Below, in pieces: positions 1-9,282 of a stretch of DNA of 32,000 bases. Numbering within the stretch: the first letter of the stretch is position 1; each line of letters starts with the position of its first letter. The translations under genes and the position numbers were made by a program. Under the pieces are notes generated by a model that saw only the letters and a list, made by a program, of their open reading frames with translations, was not told where the DNA came from and did not search any database. Source of the stretch: Opitutales bacterium (GTDB lineage: Bacteria; Verrucomicrobiota; Verrucomicrobiia; Opitutales; Coraliomargaritaceae); contig JBMYVL010000002.1 of assembly GCA_049606355.1 (NCBI GenBank), positions 90,001 through 122,000 of the forward strand, given 5' to 3'.

Positions 1-864
1 ACTGGCGTAATCATGGAGTCCTAAGACCAGTGCACGATGCGTTGCCGCAATCCCAACTAAGTTGTAGGATTCCGCGACCATTACTCCACTCGACGCTGCG
101 GACAGATCGATGACCGCAGTATCGGTTTGGAATGACGCGAAACCAGCTAAGATGCCTCGGCTCGGGCAACTGACAATACTTCCGCCATCAAAAATCAACT
201 CATCATTACCGCCAACTGCATTGCAGTAAACGACTGGGCAATTGCAGCGCTCGCCGGCTTTGAGTACAAATGCTTCACGTGATTCCGACTTGCTGAAATG
301 CCATGGGCTCGCGGATAAGTTGACTAGTAAGTCAATCCCCTCATCGGCGAAGGCTTGTACAGGATCCTTTGCATAACGGTGCGCGGCCGATGTCGATGTA
401 TGCACCCAGATATCCTCGCAGATACTGATTCCGATACGTTGGTTTCTCCACTTGTAGACAAGCGGGGTATCGGCGGGCTCGAAGTAGCGCTCCTCATCGA
501 AAACGTCATAGGAGGGCAGTAGTGATTTACGCCCAATTGCACGCACCTTACCGGATTCACACCATGCTGCCGAATTGTAGTAGGGCCGCCCGGGCGATTC
601 TGCGTCGCGGCATTCTGCAAAACCAATGATGGCAGGTGCTGCACCTATCTTAGCAGCTATTCCATCCAGTGAACGCCGAGTATCTTTTCCAAAACGGCTT
701 TTAAATAGTAAGTCGCGAGGCGGGTAGCCGCAGACGGCTAATTCCGGGAAGACGACCAATTCAGCACCGTCATCCACCAGAGCCTGATATGCCTCTAAGA
801 TCAGCCTGGAATTACCACTGAGGTCGCCGACCGTTGTGTTGATTTGCGCAACTCCAATCTTCAT
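1..864 (-). CDS. nadE: Glutamine-dependent NAD+ synthetase, N-terminal carbon-nitrogen hydrolase (glutaminase) domain. Only the 5' part is present; the C-terminus runs off the left window edge.
   Basis: This ORF is absent from the supplied track because it is open to the window edge. Hand translation of the reverse strand from the ATG at 864..862 gives [54 protein letters not shown]...[21 protein letters not shown]...[10 protein letters not shown]. The nitrilase-type Glu/Lys/Cys contexts (FPE, RKxxLPxYxVFDExRYF, CEDxW) are typical of NadE glutaminase domains. The frame stays open for all 288 codons down to position 1. Confidence 0.8.
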   Translation of the reverse strand, partial: MKIGVAQINTTVGDLSGNSRLILEAYQALVDDGAELVVFPELAVCGYPPRDLLFKSRFGKDTRRSLDGIAAKIGAAPAIIGFAECRDAESPGRPYYNSAAWCESGKVRAIGRKSLLPSYDVFDEERYFEPADTPLVYKWRNQRIGISICEDIWVHTSTSAAHRYAKDPVQAFADEGIDLLVNLSASPWHFSKSESREAFVLKAGERCNCPVVYCNAVGGNDELIFDGGSIVSCPSRGILAGFASFQTDTAVIDLSAASSGVMVAESYNLVGIAATHRALVLGLHDYAS

Positions 865-1086
865 CCCAACTACCAATCTTTAAAATTGAACACTATGCAA
901 GCACGTCATACGCGATTCTGGATAGAAAATGTGCGATGTGAGCGACGGATCCTACCTTGAGGTGTTAGTACTAACTGCCTGCCTGAGGATACCAATAGTA
1001 AAGATGCCGCTTCGCGATTGCTGCAGTATGAATTTTGAAAATGGTTTTGACCCGATGTGCCTCCTGCCGCTCTGCTGTAACTTGTC

Positions 1087-1686
1087 GTGAATCCAGATTT
1101 AAACCATCCCTCTTATTTATTACTCGCTTCTGCCTCGCCGCGTCGTAGCGAGTTGCTGGAACGCATGGGCTTGCGTTTTGAAAAGCGTCCCGCCGATGTA
1201 ACGGAATGCGAGTCTGTCGCTAATGGACCAGAGGAAATGGTGCTTAAGAATGCGCGCCTGAAAGCGGATGCGCTTGCTTGTGAATATTCGCACGCCCTTA
1301 CACTTGGTTCGGACACAACTGTTGCTTTCGAGGATGTCGCCTTGGGGAAGCCGTCGGATTATCAGGCTGCTCGCAGGATGCTGCAGCAACTTTCGGGGCG
1401 GGATCATATCGTGTACACCGCAGTTGCATTACGCTGGCCTGAGGGCAACTACTGTCATGATTTTGTGGAGAGCAGTCGTGTGCGCTTCAAAGCTCTCGAT
1501 GAAACGACGATTGATCGTTATTTTAAAGTGGTAAATCCACTCGACAAGGCGGGAGCCTATGGCATCCAAGCGGGTCGAGACTTAATTATCGAATCAGTAG
1601 ACGGCTCTGTTGAAAGTGTAATGGGGTTGCCAATACAAACGCTCGCAACAGTGTTAGCTGCTAAAGGATTTGATTTTGCAAAATGA
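1087..1686 (+). CDS. maf: Maf-family nucleoside triphosphate pyrophosphatase (septum formation protein Maf)
   Basis: 199 aa. The N-terminus [19 protein letters not shown] and the segment [29 protein letters not shown]...DKAGAYGIQ match the Maf family signature. It starts at GTG. Confidence 0.85.
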   Translation: MNPDLNHPSYLLLASASPRRSELLERMGLRFEKRPADVTECESVANGPEEMVLKNARLKADALACEYSHALTLGSDTTVAFEDVALGKPSDYQAARRMLQQLSGRDHIVYTAVALRWPEGNYCHDFVESSRVRFKALDETTIDRYFKVVNPLDKAGAYGIQAGRDLIIESVDGSVESVMGLPIQTLATVLAAKGFDFAK

Positions 1687-2818
1687 TACTTCAGTTTCAT
1701 GTGTACAAAACCTACTCACTGGCGATCTTGGCTCGAGGCGGCGTTCAATCGGACTGAGTTTATTGTGTGCCGTAGCCTTACACTACGTTTTTATAGAAGC
1801 TGTCCCCAGTGATTTATTTACGGGGCGATTGCTCATGCTTGAGCAATCGCGGGAGGAAGCGCAAGTGATCGACCTAGAATTAGATCTAGCCAATGAGGAC
1901 GAACTTCGCTTCGTCGAAGCGAATCCAGATACGGCTGAGAATCAACCCGATCAGACGAACCAGTACTCTTATCGCAACCAACAAGCTGCAGACGAATCTC
2001 CGAACGCACAAGCCACAACGATTCCACGGGTCGATGGTGACAGTGAGAGTCATAAAATTAAGCAAGGTTCCGTATCCCAAGTATCCATTACGCCCGCCGG
2101 AGTCTATGGCCCGTCTGCGAAGCCGGGCAAAGGTGGTGGTGTCGATGGCGGAGAACCTGCGCAGAGCGCGCCTGCGGCAAAACCTATTCGGGCAACGATT
2201 CCGGGACTACCGGTACCGGACTTTTTAAATCAGGGCGCTATGCCGAGTGAAGGCAAGGGGAGTGTGGCCCAGCGTGGTGCTCCTACAAATGATGCGCCCG
2301 AAATGGTGGACCTCAAGCAGCCGATTGATGTTTACCGTGTACAACAAACTCAGGACGCTGCGAGGAATGAGGCGATTGCTGCAAGTAATGGTGGGCAGCC
2401 GGAGGCAAAGCCTTTGCCACGTGCTCGTCCGCGATTGTCACCAGAATTGATCCACGGTCCACTTATGGCGTCAACAGGATCCGCGAGTCGCCGCGGAAAA
2501 CTTTCAATTGATGCAACTTTCAGCGCTTTCGGAGAGTATCAACAGCAGTTTTATGCGGCGATTCAAAGTGGTTGGTATCAGGAAATTGATTTTTTTCAGC
2601 CCATTGATACTGGTGCACGGGTGCAAATTCGCTTCACGATTCAAGCCGACGGGACAATTAATGGGGTTGAGACAATTCATTCTACCGCAAGTGAAGTCGC
2701 TACCCTTATCTGCGAAAGTGCCATCACCAAGCGGTCCCCCTTTCGTAAGTGGACTGCAGAAATGGTTGAGGTGTTTGGCTCTGAGCGCACGATGGAACTC
2801 GTTTTTCATTATCGATGA
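1670..2818 (+). CDS. TonB-like membrane-anchored protein: an N-terminal TM helix, a long Pro/Gln/Ala-rich linker and a TonB-C-like C-terminal domain
   Basis: 382 aa. A basic stretch plus TM helix ([23 protein letters not shown]) is followed by a low-complexity linker. The C-terminal ~90 aa ([17 protein letters not shown]...[22 protein letters not shown]) has the layout of a TonB C-terminal domain. It overlaps the maf stop by 17 nt, and its stop overlaps the next start (ATGA). The exact start codon is uncertain (TTG in the track). Confidence 0.55.
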   Translation: MILQNDTSVSCVQNLLTGDLGSRRRSIGLSLLCAVALHYVFIEAVPSDLFTGRLLMLEQSREEAQVIDLELDLANEDELRFVEANPDTAENQPDQTNQYSYRNQQAADESPNAQATTIPRVDGDSESHKIKQGSVSQVSITPAGVYGPSAKPGKGGGVDGGEPAQSAPAAKPIRATIPGLPVPDFLNQGAMPSEGKGSVAQRGAPTNDAPEMVDLKQPIDVYRVQQTQDAARNEAIAASNGGQPEAKPLPRARPRLSPELIHGPLMASTGSASRRGKLSIDATFSAFGEYQQQFYAAIQSGWYQEIDFFQPIDTGARVQIRFTIQADGTINGVETIHSTASEVATLICESAITKRSPFRKWTAEMVEVFGSERTMELVFHYR

Positions 2819-3654
2819 ATCCTTACTTGCAACAATCTTCACAGCTGCCCCTCGGTCGTGGCGTAACGATCTTGAACGTAAATGAAGACGGCCTAGTTGC
2901 TTTGAATAAACCGTCCGGTGTGTTGTCGCATCCCAACAGCGCTGAAGACCGAAAACGCTCAATGATAATTGCGGATTATGATTACGACAAAGAGGTCTTC
3001 GTATGGGAGCAACAGGGCAAAGCGCAGCGTGCATGGCTAATTAATCGCTTAGACTCGCCCACTTCAGGCGTCGTGTTGGTCGCACTGAACCACTCAACCG
3101 CTACAATTATTAAGCGAGAGTTTGCCAGTCATCGCATCACTAAGATTTATTATGCACTGGTTAAACGTACTCCAAAGTCACCGACGGGTCATTGGTGCGA
3201 CCAATTGAGCAAACAGGTGTATTCGAATTCTCAGCTAACTAAGCAAACGAAAACAATCGTGGCTAAGACGCGCTTCCAGATCGTTAAAAGCCCGCATGGC
3301 GGGTTCCCGATTAGCCTAATTAAACTTTTGCCCGCTACGGGGCGCACCCATCAATTACGCGTGCAGTGTCAAAAGCATGGGCATCCAATTGTGGGGGATC
3401 GAACTTACGGAAGCTTTAGTTTTAATCGTGAAGTTGCTGAAGAAACCGGCGAGCGTCGTATGATGTTACATTCGGCAGAGACAGTGGTGCGCTATACTAT
3501 CGATGGTCAAAGTAGAAGCTTTCAAGCATCAGTTGCCCTGCCGGAAGCGTTCCAAACAGTGCTCAGTTTTCGGCCAGGATTGCGTACCGGACTCGCACAG
3601 CAAGGGGGCAGCAAGGCCACCAGTAAACTTCGCGGACGACGTTTTAAGAGCTAG
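2815..3654 (+). CDS. RluA-family RNA pseudouridine synthase
   Basis: 279 aa. It has the catalytic-Asp motif NRLDSPTSGVVLVA and the downstream motif TGRTHQLRVQCQKHGHPIVGDRTYG, both typical of the RluA family. No S4 domain is present. Confidence 0.85.
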   Translation: MNPYLQQSSQLPLGRGVTILNVNEDGLVALNKPSGVLSHPNSAEDRKRSMIIADYDYDKEVFVWEQQGKAQRAWLINRLDSPTSGVVLVALNHSTATIIKREFASHRITKIYYALVKRTPKSPTGHWCDQLSKQVYSNSQLTKQTKTIVAKTRFQIVKSPHGGFPISLIKLLPATGRTHQLRVQCQKHGHPIVGDRTYGSFSFNREVAEETGERRMMLHSAETVVRYTIDGQSRSFQASVALPEAFQTVLSFRPGLRTGLAQQGGSKATSKLRGRRFKS

Positions 3655-3696
3655 CTTTGGATTGCATCGAGCGCATGGTTTTAGCAGCCTAAAAAC

Positions 3697-4266
3697 ATGC
3701 ATTTCGTCCGTTCGTTTTTACTGAAGGGAAAGGATTGGCGAGTCGTGGCCCTGCTATTAGCGGCTTTATTTGTTGTTGCTCTTTTCTACTCTCAAGCTTG
3801 GCAGCAGTCGTCACCGGCAACGCCGCAAGCAGTTGAAATCTGGTCTTACATCTGTGAAGTAGCTGCGCTGCATGACTTACCTCCTGAGTTTGTCTATGCA
3901 ATTGCCACGGCAGAGAGCCACTTGACTGCGCATGCGCAGAGCGAAAGTGCACGAGGGCTGATGCAATTGTCGCGCATCGCGTGGCGAGAGGTTTCGGATG
4001 CGCCTTATCGTGAGGCTTGGGATTGGCGTGCGAATATCCGTGCCGGCGTGGATTACCTTGATTTTTGCCGTAAGCTCTTACGTGAGAACAATGCTGAGTC
4101 CTATGCATTGCTAGCGGCGTGTTTTCGCTATGGACCTTATTATGTGCAGCGCCACGACTTTGACATCGCAAAAATCCAAGCACCTAAAAATATCATTTAC
4201 CAAAAGCTTTTTGCTGGAGTAGTGGCGCCAGTGCCTGCGCCGCACATGCTTAATAGCGATAAATGA
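3697..4266 (+). CDS. Membrane-anchored lytic transglycosylase (SLT domain)
   Basis: 189 aa. An N-terminal TM/signal-anchor (WRVVALLLAALFVVALFY) is followed by the SLT motif AIATAESHLTAHAQSESARGLMQLS, which contains the catalytic Glu. Confidence 0.75.
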   Translation: MHFVRSFLLKGKDWRVVALLLAALFVVALFYSQAWQQSSPATPQAVEIWSYICEVAALHDLPPEFVYAIATAESHLTAHAQSESARGLMQLSRIAWREVSDAPYREAWDWRANIRAGVDYLDFCRKLLRENNAESYALLAACFRYGPYYVQRHDFDIAKIQAPKNIIYQKLFAGVVAPVPAPHMLNSDK

Positions 4267-4966
4267 TCTCTGGGAAGAGTTGGCCGCTTGAGTTGATCTT
4301 AAATAAGTAAACGCGATCCGGCTGCATTTTGAAATAGATTGGATTCCCGTAAACGGCACGCACCCCGTAATCTTTAAGAGCGTTGGGATCATTGGCTAAA
4401 TTCCAAATGGACTGCCAGAACTGTTGACGTTCATTCAGGCGCAAGGACTGCGTGATCGCTTCATAGCGATTCGGAGCGCGTATACCTGGAGTGATCAACT
4501 GTCCCTCGGAGGGAGCCTCAGCTTCACCATAAATACGCCGCCATAAATAGAGCGCGCGTTCCCGGCCGTCGTGGACGTATGCGTCCGAAAATTTAACAAT
4601 CAAAGCATCGAAATGAATGACGTCTCCCGCTATTTCAAAAAGCTGTTCGGAGAGGATTTGTTGGCTATCCCCGATGGCTGTTTGTACCAGTCGCACCTGC
4701 GACACCAATGTACCCGCCGCATTGATTTGCTGGCCTTCAAGGGTAGCATAGCCGATTTGCTCTTCCGCAGTGAGGTTATGAATCGCACGACTGAGTCGTC
4801 GATTTTCAGTTAACAACTCATGGATGCTAGCGGAAGAGAAATGATACCCGGCGTAAAGAAGCCCCAGCACAACAAGCAGAAACAATAGGCTGAGATAGGT
4901 TGTAATTTTGAGGCTCTTAGGCATGAGTACGTATCGCAAACTTAGCAGGTGGCACATTTGCCACAA
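4250..4966 (-). CDS. Hypothetical single-pass membrane protein
   Basis: 238-aa ORF. A more plausible start is the internal ATG at 4924 (MPKSLKITTYLSLLFLLVVLGLLYAGYHF...), which puts a TM helix at the N-terminus. I recognise no family motif. It converges on the SLT gene and overlaps it by 17 nt. Confidence 0.5.
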   Translation of the reverse strand: MWQMCHLLSLRYVLMPKSLKITTYLSLLFLLVVLGLLYAGYHFSSASIHELLTENRRLSRAIHNLTAEEQIGYATLEGQQINAAGTLVSQVRLVQTAIGDSQQILSEQLFEIAGDVIHFDALIVKFSDAYVHDGRERALYLWRRIYGEAEAPSEGQLITPGIRAPNRYEAITQSLRLNERQQFWQSIWNLANDPNALKDYGVRAVYGNPIYFKMQPDRVYLFKINSSGQLFPEIIYRY

Positions 4967-5014
4967 TAATTTTCAATAATTCAAATTGAGCTTTCGATAG
5001 GATTCCGAAAGTTT

Positions 5015-6256
5015 TTGGACACCGTGACCGCGCTAAATCCATTCAACATCAATTCGATACGCTCCGATTTTCCCATTTTGGCGACTGCCGTGCGTGGTAA
5101 GCCGCTCACTTATCTGGATAGCGCCGCTACCGCCCAAAAGCCGCAAGTGGTTCTCGATGCGGTGCAGTTGTATTATGCTGAGCAGAACGCCAATATACAC
5201 CGTGGTGTACATTATTTGAGTGAGCGTGCGACGGATGCTTATGAAGCCACGCGTCTACAGCTGGCTGATTTTATCGGTACGAGTGACCCTGATGCCATTA
5301 TCTTTACCCGCGGAGCTACGGAGGGCATTAATTTAATCGCGCATGGCTTTGTGGAGACGGTCTTGCAGGAGGGTGATGAAATTTTGATTACCCACATGGA
5401 GCATCATGCCAACATTGTCCCTTGGCAGATAGCTTGTGAAAAAACCGGTGCCGTCCTAAGGGTAGCGCCGGTTAACGATGATGGTACGCTGGATCTGGAA
5501 GCCTTCGAAGATTTAATCTGTGAACGCACCAAGCTGATATCGATTGTGCATACTTCTAATGCGCTCGGAACAATCAATCCGATTAAGGCGATCACAGCAA
5601 TGGCTCATGAGCATGGCGTGCCCGTTTTAGTGGACGGAGCACAGAGTGTTCCGCATGAGCCGGTTAATGTTGCTGACTTAGATTGCGACTTTTTCGTTTT
5701 TTCAGGTCACAAACTTTTTGGACCCACCGGGATTGGGGTCTTGTGGGGGCGGCGTGAATGGTTGGAGCGCTTCCCGCCTTATCAAAGCGGTGGCGATATG
5801 ATCGAGCGTGTTGATTTCGATGGCACCCGCTACAAGGGTCTGCCGGGTAAGTTTGAAGCGGGAACGCCGCATATTGCTGGTGTTATCGGCTTATCGGCCG
5901 CGATTACTTATTTACGTGACTTGGACCGTGCAGGTGCCCACCAACATGAGCAGGCACTCTTGGTAGCTGCTACGGATCAACTCGCAGCGATCGAGGGCTT
6001 ACGCATTATTGGAACCGCTGAGCACAAGGCATCCGTCATTTCTTTTATAATAAACGATATTCACCCGCATGATATTGGTACCTTTCTGGATGCGGATGGA
6101 GTTGCGATTCGCGCGGGGCACCATTGCACCCAACCATTACTGAAACGTTTTGGTGTCCCTGCTACCGCACGAGCATCGTTCGCCTTTTATAACAGTTTTG
6201 AAGATGTCGACCGTTTGGTTCAGGCAGTTGCTAAGCTTAAAAAGTTTTTTGTATAG
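5015..6256 (+). CDS. sufS: Cysteine desulfurase, SufS/CsdA class II
   Basis: 413 aa. The PLP-lysine context [18 protein letters not shown] and the active-site Cys loop [11 protein letters not shown] are present. It has a TTG start, with [10 protein letters not shown] in the N-terminal part. Confidence 0.9.
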   Translation: MDTVTALNPFNINSIRSDFPILATAVRGKPLTYLDSAATAQKPQVVLDAVQLYYAEQNANIHRGVHYLSERATDAYEATRLQLADFIGTSDPDAIIFTRGATEGINLIAHGFVETVLQEGDEILITHMEHHANIVPWQIACEKTGAVLRVAPVNDDGTLDLEAFEDLICERTKLISIVHTSNALGTINPIKAITAMAHEHGVPVLVDGAQSVPHEPVNVADLDCDFFVFSGHKLFGPTGIGVLWGRREWLERFPPYQSGGDMIERVDFDGTRYKGLPGKFEAGTPHIAGVIGLSAAITYLRDLDRAGAHQHEQALLVAATDQLAAIEGLRIIGTAEHKASVISFIINDIHPHDIGTFLDADGVAIRAGHHCTQPLLKRFGVPATARASFAFYNSFEDVDRLVQAVAKLKKFFV

Positions 6257-6311
6257 CTCCTGGAGGCTCATTCAAATCAGCTCTGTTATTGAACGCTAAC
6301 TTACGATTCTT

Positions 6312-6767
6312 ATGGATAACGACGCACTCGACGAGCTGTACCAGTCTATCATCCTGGATCACAACAAGCACCCGAGGAATTACGGAAAGCTGGTTAATTT
6401 TACCCACTTTGCGGAAGGCTATAATCCCCTTTGTGGGGATAAAATAGACGTCTATATTCGTGTCACGCACGAGTGTATCGAATCGATCCAATTCGATGCG
6501 GCTTGCTGCGCTATTTGTAAGGCCTCGGCCTCTATGATGACTGAGGCGCTAGTAGGAAAACCCCTAATGCAGGCGGAGCAAACAACTGCACACATTGAGG
6601 GCATGCTTTCTTCTGAACGGAATGTTGGAGCAGACGTGGAACGCGATGGAGAGCTAGTTGCTTTGGCGGGCGTGCGTAAATTCCCCGCGCGTATTAAATG
6701 CGCGACCCTGCCATGGCATACTTACACGGCAGCGATTCGTAACGAAGGTACTGCCGCCACTGAATAA
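6312..6767 (+). CDS. sufU: SufU-type Fe-S cluster assembly sulfurtransferase/scaffold
   Basis: 151 aa. [49 protein letters not shown] and [13 protein letters not shown] align motif-for-motif with Bacillus-type SufU (3 Cys + Asp ligands). Confidence 0.88.
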   Translation: MDNDALDELYQSIILDHNKHPRNYGKLVNFTHFAEGYNPLCGDKIDVYIRVTHECIESIQFDAACCAICKASASMMTEALVGKPLMQAEQTTAHIEGMLSSERNVGADVERDGELVALAGVRKFPARIKCATLPWHTYTAAIRNEGTAATE

Positions 6768-6777
6768 GGTGAGCGGA

Positions 6778-7845
6778 TCAATTTGCCTCGGGAGTGTAAC
6801 CGCTCTCCTCATCCAGACCTAGGGTAACCGTTAGGTTTAGGAAGGTCAGGTCACCCATTGAGTTGCAGCTCAGGAAGCGGTGGTCGTTGTGCATTTGCGC
6901 CAACTCGCGGCGTAATTGTAATACTTTATCATGGCTGGAGATTTGGTCGACACACATGCAATCACGCAGATGTCGGATGCGATAGCGTGCGAAGTTTAAG
7001 CGACGTTTGATGAGGCTTCGTTCTTCGCGCTGATATTGTCGACTGGTCTCGATATTGATGAGTTCCGTACACAAGCTCACGACGGGCAGATTATTCTTAA
7101 AAAACTGAGGCAAATAGAGGGAGCGCCGCCCTTCATAGCTTTGTTGGTCGAAATCGATCGCACGGACTCGATACTGGTTCTGCTCAAAATCAGGCGTGAC
7201 TTCGACTACGTAGTTGTAGGCACGCATATCTCCGAGTAAGCGTACAAAGCAGCGCTCATTGAATTTAATAAACTCTTTGGCTAGGCGAACCGAATGCAAA
7301 TCCGGGCGGGGCAGATAGTCTCGTATGAAATCGTCGCCAGGCACTCCGATGATGTGCTCTTCGATCAAGGTATCGCCGCAGACTAAGAAGTTAATGTGGT
7401 TGGGCGACAGTAGTTCTTCCAATTCCAGACCATAAATACGTGAGGCATCTGCCTTTTTGATATAAAAATAATCGTGGTTATCGTTGTATTGATTCACGAC
7501 CCGTACTCGCATCGGCTTGGTGTTACCGAAGGTACAAAAGTCGACCCGATCGATGAAGAGGTTACCCAGTACGGTTTCGTCGCCTCCGGAACGCAGGATG
7601 ACATAGATTTTTTTTAGGCCTTCGTAGAGCTCGCGGCCACGTTGTTGCTCGTAAATAAGTGTCTGCCAGAGTGTGTCCTGTCCCGCTTTGTTAATGAGTG
7701 GGAATGCATCCTCATAATCCAGGAGGTCTTCGTAACTGACTGGTAAATCTAGGCCTCGCTGGTATTCCGCTAAATAGTCCCGAAACGCTCCGTTAATCGG
7801 GTAGTACTGCTTGCGCTGCTGCGTGGCTACACGGATCTTAGACAT
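6778..7845 (-). CDS. Hypothetical protein with a protein-kinase-like motif pattern (family not recognised)
   Basis: 355 aa, monocistronic, flanked by sufU and the SRP RNA. The motif order resembles an atypical kinase core: YFYIKKAD (beta3 Lys candidate K130/131), GLELEELL (alphaC Glu), LIEEHIIGVPGDDF (hinge-like), LLGDMRAYNYVV (D-x4-N catalytic-loop pattern, D206/N211) and RAIDFDQQ (DFG-equivalent, D231). The assignment is by eye only. Confidence 0.6.
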   Translation of the reverse strand: MSKIRVATQQRKQYYPINGAFRDYLAEYQRGLDLPVSYEDLLDYEDAFPLINKAGQDTLWQTLIYEQQRGRELYEGLKKIYVILRSGGDETVLGNLFIDRVDFCTFGNTKPMRVRVVNQYNDNHDYFYIKKADASRIYGLELEELLSPNHINFLVCGDTLIEEHIIGVPGDDFIRDYLPRPDLHSVRLAKEFIKFNERCFVRLLGDMRAYNYVVEVTPDFEQNQYRVRAIDFDQQSYEGRRSLYLPQFFKNNLPVVSLCTELINIETSRQYQREERSLIKRRLNFARYRIRHLRDCMCVDQISSHDKVLQLRRELAQMHNDHRFLSCNSMGDLTFLNLTVTLGLDEESGYTPEAN

Positions 7846-7937
7846 TAGCTAAACCTTCTGAAATACACCGCCGACGACAAGCACCAAAGATAGTTACATT
7901 TTTAGGTTGAATGTATGTTGGTTTCGGGTGTCTGTTT

Positions 7938-8040
7938 GAGGTGGCCGGGTCCTATGCAATGTTGGACAAGCGAACCCCGTCAGGCCCGGAAGGGAGCAGC
8001 GGTAGTTTGAACGACATGTGCCGTAGGGTGCCTGGCCACT
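7938..8040 (+). ncRNA. ffs: Signal recognition particle RNA (small 4.5S-type SRP RNA)
   Basis: Conserved domain IV core GTCAGGCCCGGAAGGGAGCAGC at 7979..8000 (compare E. coli GUCAGGUCCGGAAGGAAGCAGCC). The 5' GTGGCCGGGTCC (7941..) pairs with the 3' GGGTGCCTGGCCAC (..8039) to form the long helix. A T-run (8040..8045) follows directly and looks like an intrinsic terminator. It lies directly upstream of dnaX, a common synteny. The ends are approximate (+/- 15 nt). Confidence 0.8.
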
Positions 8041-8151
8041 TTTTTATATCGTTCGAATCGGCCAGTCAGTTCTGCATGCGCATCCGATTCGGTTTACCCT
8101 TAAAAAGCCACTTGCCAGCCACACTGTATCACCGCTTCTTAGTTTAGGCTT

Positions 8152-9282
8152 ATGGATAAAGGATATCAGGTTATTGCACGTCGCTGGCGCCCCCAACAGT
8201 TTGATGAGTTGGTAGGTCAAGACCACATCGTGCGGACCTTGAGCAATGCGATTGAGACGAACCGTATAGCCCATGCGTATCTTTTCGTTGGTCCACGCGG
8301 TACAGGAAAAACCAGCTCGGCGCGTCTCTTTGCGAAGTGTTTGAATGCGGAGGGCGGCCCGAGCATAGCTCCTGACAATGAATCAGAGATCAGTAAGGCC
8401 ATTATGAGTGGTGCCTGCATGGATGTTATTGAGATCGATGGTGCGTCCAACAACAGTGTCGATCAAGTGCGGGATTTGCGCGATGACTGCCAGTATGCGC
8501 CCACGCAATGCACCTATAAGATCTACATCATTGATGAAGTGCACATGCTATCCACCGCGGCTTTTAATGCCCTGCTCAAAACCTTGGAGGAACCGCCACC
8601 TCACGTGAAGTTTATTTTCGCGACAACGGAATCACATAAAGTCTTGCCCACGATTGTATCCCGCTGCCAGCGCTTCGAATTTCGGCCCATCGCTGATGAT
8701 GTGATTGTGGCAAAGTTACAAACCATAGCCGAAGCAGAGGGGATTCAGGTTGAGCATGCAGCGCTTGCGTCGATTGCGCGCCTTGCGAATGGTGGGATGC
8801 GTGATTCGCAATCGATTCTCGATCAAATGATTTCATTTTGCGGCGATTCGATCAACGAACAGGATGTCCTGGATGTCTACGGTTTGATCTCGTCAGAGCG
8901 TATCCATCAACTCGCGAAGGCTTTAGGGGCACTGGATTATCCGGCAATTATATCCGCAGTCGACGAATTCGCCAATGAAGGCCGAGACCTCTATCGTATC
9001 CTGCACGACTTGCAGGCATACCTGCGTTCCGTCCTTCTCGATGCAATAGAGCATCAAGGGCAAACCGATCAACTGGGCGCAGCGCATAGCAATGAATCGA
9101 TCATGCGCATGTTGGATGCGCTGCAACGCGGCGAAGCTAGTGTTCAAAAGGGCTTATCCGAAAAAGTGAATTTCGAGGTCGTTTTACTTAAAGCGGCGGA
9201 AGAATCGCGAGCGCGTGCGATCGATAGTGTAATTAAGCAATTAGCGACCGCGGGGGCATCGATCCCCGAAAAAAAAAAGTAG
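8152..9282 (+). CDS. dnaX: DNA polymerase III subunit gamma/tau; the zero-frame product is gamma-like (376 aa, clamp-loader domains I-III)
   Basis: [45 protein letters not shown] (Walker A), [11 protein letters not shown] (Walker B) and [21 protein letters not shown] (SRC motif) are present. The zero frame ends ...GAA AAA AAA AAG TAG, immediately after an A10 run. Confidence 0.92.
   Translation: MDKGYQVIARRWRPQQFDELVGQDHIVRTLSNAIETNRIAHAYLFVGPRGTGKTSSARLFAKCLNAEGGPSIAPDNESEISKAIMSGACMDVIEIDGASNNSVDQVRDLRDDCQYAPTQCTYKIYIIDEVHMLSTAAFNALLKTLEEPPPHVKFIFATTESHKVLPTIVSRCQRFEFRPIADDVIVAKLQTIAEAEGIQVEHAALASIARLANGGMRDSQSILDQMISFCGDSINEQDVLDVYGLISSERIHQLAKALGALDYPAIISAVDEFANEGRDLYRILHDLQAYLRSVLLDAIEHQGQTDQLGAAHSNESIMRMLDALQRGEASVQKGLSEKVNFEVVLLKAAEESRARAIDSVIKQLATAGASIPEKKK
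9269..9279 (+). promoter_or_regulatory. Candidate recoding signal: an A10 homopolymer containing the in-phase heptamer A AAA AAG, for -1 ribosomal frameshift or transcriptional slippage
   Basis: A-run at 9269..9278 followed by G9279. The zero-frame codons AAA(9274-76) AAG(9277-79) preceded by A9273 reproduce the E. coli dnaX slippery heptamer in the same phase. The zero-frame stop TAG (9280-82) abuts it. A G-rich hairpin CGGGG-gcatcgat-CCCCG (9251..9268) ends directly 5' of the run. Confidence 0.55.

Noticed and set aside
324-644. 106-aa minus-strand ORF from the track
   Set aside because: It lies out of frame inside the nadE reading frame (1..864, minus), which carries clear CN-hydrolase motifs. 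Its own sequence is Pro/Arg/Ser-rich with no motif.
7911-8147. 78-aa plus-strand ORF
   Set aside because: It covers the SRP RNA, including the conserved domain IV core and the terminal T-run, so the coding interpretation is implausible.
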